From an uncultured archaeon (lineage in GTDB: Archaea > Asgardarchaeota > Hermodarchaeia > Hermodarchaeales > Hermodarchaeaceae), in assembly GCA_964347045.1 (NCBI GenBank), contig CAYFXC010000024.1:1-27849 (forward strand): 27,849 nt of DNA. Reading direction: 5' to 3'. The notes beneath the pieces were generated by a model. That model made no database searches. It was not told the DNA's origin and was given only the letters and a program-made list of their open reading frames with translations. Positions 26,197 through 27,849 of this stretch are shown one piece after another (within the stretch, counting starts at the first letter, position 1; each line of letters opens with the position of its first letter). Position numbers and translations under genes: made by a program.

Positions 26197-27693
26197 CTAT
26201 TTAATTGTTTCCTCATTCGCAATCTCCTCCCCTGGAATGACAGCCTCTTTCATACGCCCCATTTGTTTCCGAAGAATACGTTCAATAATTTGTATAAATC
26301 GATCTTCCTGACCGCGAGGAATGGTCGCACCAGCAGCAATATTATGACCTCCACCCTCAGAACCGCGCCCAATTTCATCAGAAGCTAGTTTCATCGCTTT
26401 ACCGAGGTCTGCTCCTGCTTCAACAATCTGCCGTATCGTTCGACCAGAGACTTTGACGCGTCCATCGTGAGAATAGACAAACGCTATGACTGGTTTTGAC
26501 CAGTCTAATATCCGCGAGTTTAACGCCATACCGGCAATTGATCCCACTATGGTATCAGGAACACGATTTTTCGCATGAAAGGTTTGGATAAGCTTCAGTT
26601 TCTTTACTGCATCTGGATCATCGGTTAACCATTGAAGTCCCAAAGCAAGTTGTTCGCGGTAATCTTTAAGAATTGTTTCAGCTTTTCGTAACAGATTCTT
26701 CCGGTCACCCATACAGATGGCGACCCCAATACCGCCTTGGTTAGAACGACCTGTAGCATTGAGCAATGTAGAAAACATGCGAGCATCACGAATGTAGCTA
26801 CCCTTCTCTTCACGAACCAGTGTGAATACTACACCTATGAGAGATTGGGCTTCTCGTGGCGGAATATTCTTTTTAAGCATGTAAGTAACGAGGGCGGAGT
26901 TGAGTTTCCGTTTTTCTTCTTTTGAGAGTGAGGCAATCGTACGCCACTGTTCACCTTCACGAAGCTCGATATCAAGGTCAGCAAGAAAATCCAAAGCTCC
27001 TTCAGGGTCGTTGCTAATCCCCGGAATATAGGGGTCACTGGTATACTGCAAGGCAATATGAATTGGCCGGGTTTCTCGTCCGAAAATTCGCATATCAATG
27101 GATCGATCGATCACTCCTGCGGCAATAGCATCTTCAACAATAATTTCTTTATTGAGACCTACAAGGTCGTGCTGTTTTCCACGATCTTGAATATCACCCA
27201 AGGCCCCTACAACAGCTAGACCCGCTAAATCTTCATTAGCCCCACCAAGGTGTCGGGCAACTAAATACGAAACACCCGCACCCGATATCTCATAGGTGGC
27301 ATCAAATCCATATTCATGAGGATTGACTTGGCGGATATTCGAGGGATTTTTCTTGTTTAGAGGAGGATGATGGTCTAAAATGAGAATTTCTGCATTGGTC
27401 AAAGTTTCCTCAATATAGGATAACTGACCACTTCCTAGATCACAGAATATAAACGGTCCTGGACCATTTGCAGCCAACTCAGAAAGATACATTTGGTCCA
27501 GTTGGCGGACAATTCGAAGATGAAATGGCGCATTTCGCCGAGTTAGCGCAGTTGCTATGATACCGGCGGCAGAAAGACCATCAGCATCCAAGTGAGAAGT
27601 CAGAAAAATTGGTTCATTCGCTTCAATCCAGTCATTGACACGGCCAGCCGCCGAATCGGCGATTTCTAAAAGGCGATCCAGATCTTTTGTCAA
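26197..27693 (-). CDS. RecJ/Cdc45-like DHH nuclease (GAN-type, GINS-associated)
   Basis: HLDADG, CDLGSG, LDHH, GALGD.QD, LNATGR and GGGHNIAAGA motifs; located between rps15 and rps3ae like archaeal GAN. Confidence 0.88.
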   Translation of the reverse strand: MTKDLDRLLEIADSAAGRVNDWIEANEPIFLTSHLDADGLSAAGIIATALTRRNAPFHLRIVRQLDQMYLSELAANGPGPFIFCDLGSGQLSYIEETLTNAEILILDHHPPLNKKNPSNIRQVNPHEYGFDATYEISGAGVSYLVARHLGGANEDLAGLAVVGALGDIQDRGKQHDLVGLNKEIIVEDAIAAGVIDRSIDMRIFGRETRPIHIALQYTSDPYIPGISNDPEGALDFLADLDIELREGEQWRTIASLSKEEKRKLNSALVTYMLKKNIPPREAQSLIGVVFTLVREEKGSYIRDARMFSTLLNATGRSNQGGIGVAICMGDRKNLLRKAETILKDYREQLALGLQWLTDDPDAVKKLKLIQTFHAKNRVPDTIVGSIAGMALNSRILDWSKPVIAFVYSHDGRVKVSGRTIRQIVEAGADLGKAMKLASDEIGRGSEGGGHNIAAGATIPRGQEDRFIQIIERILRKQMGRMKEAVIPGEEIANEETIK

Positions 27694-27719
27694 GGAAATC
27701 AGCCAACAGCCCTCTACGC

Positions 27720-27849
27720 CTAGCGAATGAGGAGCGCGGCTTGCTCTGGCGTGTATTTCCAGTCTTGAGGTAGAACTCCTCGTCGACGGTAATATTTCAC
27801 TAGGCGACGTATTTTACTCTCGATGAGTCGGAGCCCATACCGAGAGTGA
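27720..27849 (-). CDS. rps15: 30S ribosomal protein S15 (uS15/S13e), 3' end only
   Basis: Manual translation [42 protein letters not shown]; ESKIRRL.KYY signature. Confidence 0.95.
   Translation of the reverse strand, partial: HSRYGLRLIESKIRRLVKYYRRRGVLPQDWKYTPEQAALLIR

Noticed and set aside
1315-27098. Many short alternative-frame or antisense ORFs (e.g. 2183-2413, 6319-6744, 13869-14231, 20039-20455)
   Set aside because: All overlap well-supported conserved genes and show no family motifs.

Overview
Asgard-archaeal (Asgardarchaeota-like) chromosomal window. The left edge carries the 5' third of a Lokiactin-type actin gene (minus strand, missing from the ORF track). It is divergent from a wHTH-CARF protein, which is followed by a single-pass membrane protein with an ectodomain and cytoplasmic longin-like and winged-helix domains. 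Next come a nucleotidyltransferase / CDP-alcohol phosphotransferase / ComB-like phosphatase cluster, tRNA-modification genes (TsaC/Sua5, THUMP, Cgi121) and an ECF transporter module. The conserved archaeal exosome-proteasome-RNase P superoperon follows (rpl15e, COG1325, rnp3, rnp2, psmA, SBDS, rrp4, rrp41, rrp42, rpl37ae, Brix, pcc1, pfdB, DHH). It lacks rpoP, and between rnp2 and psmA it is interrupted by a box C/D sRNA, a JAMM protease and a small membrane protein. The sRNA's two guides match the 23S P-loop (G2251, E. coli numbering) and helix 93. The right end holds a SerA-like dehydrogenase, YchF, DUF2095, a radical SAM enzyme, rps3ae, GAN/RecJ-Cdc45 and the 3' end of rps15. All assignments come from motif recognition by eye; no database searches were run.
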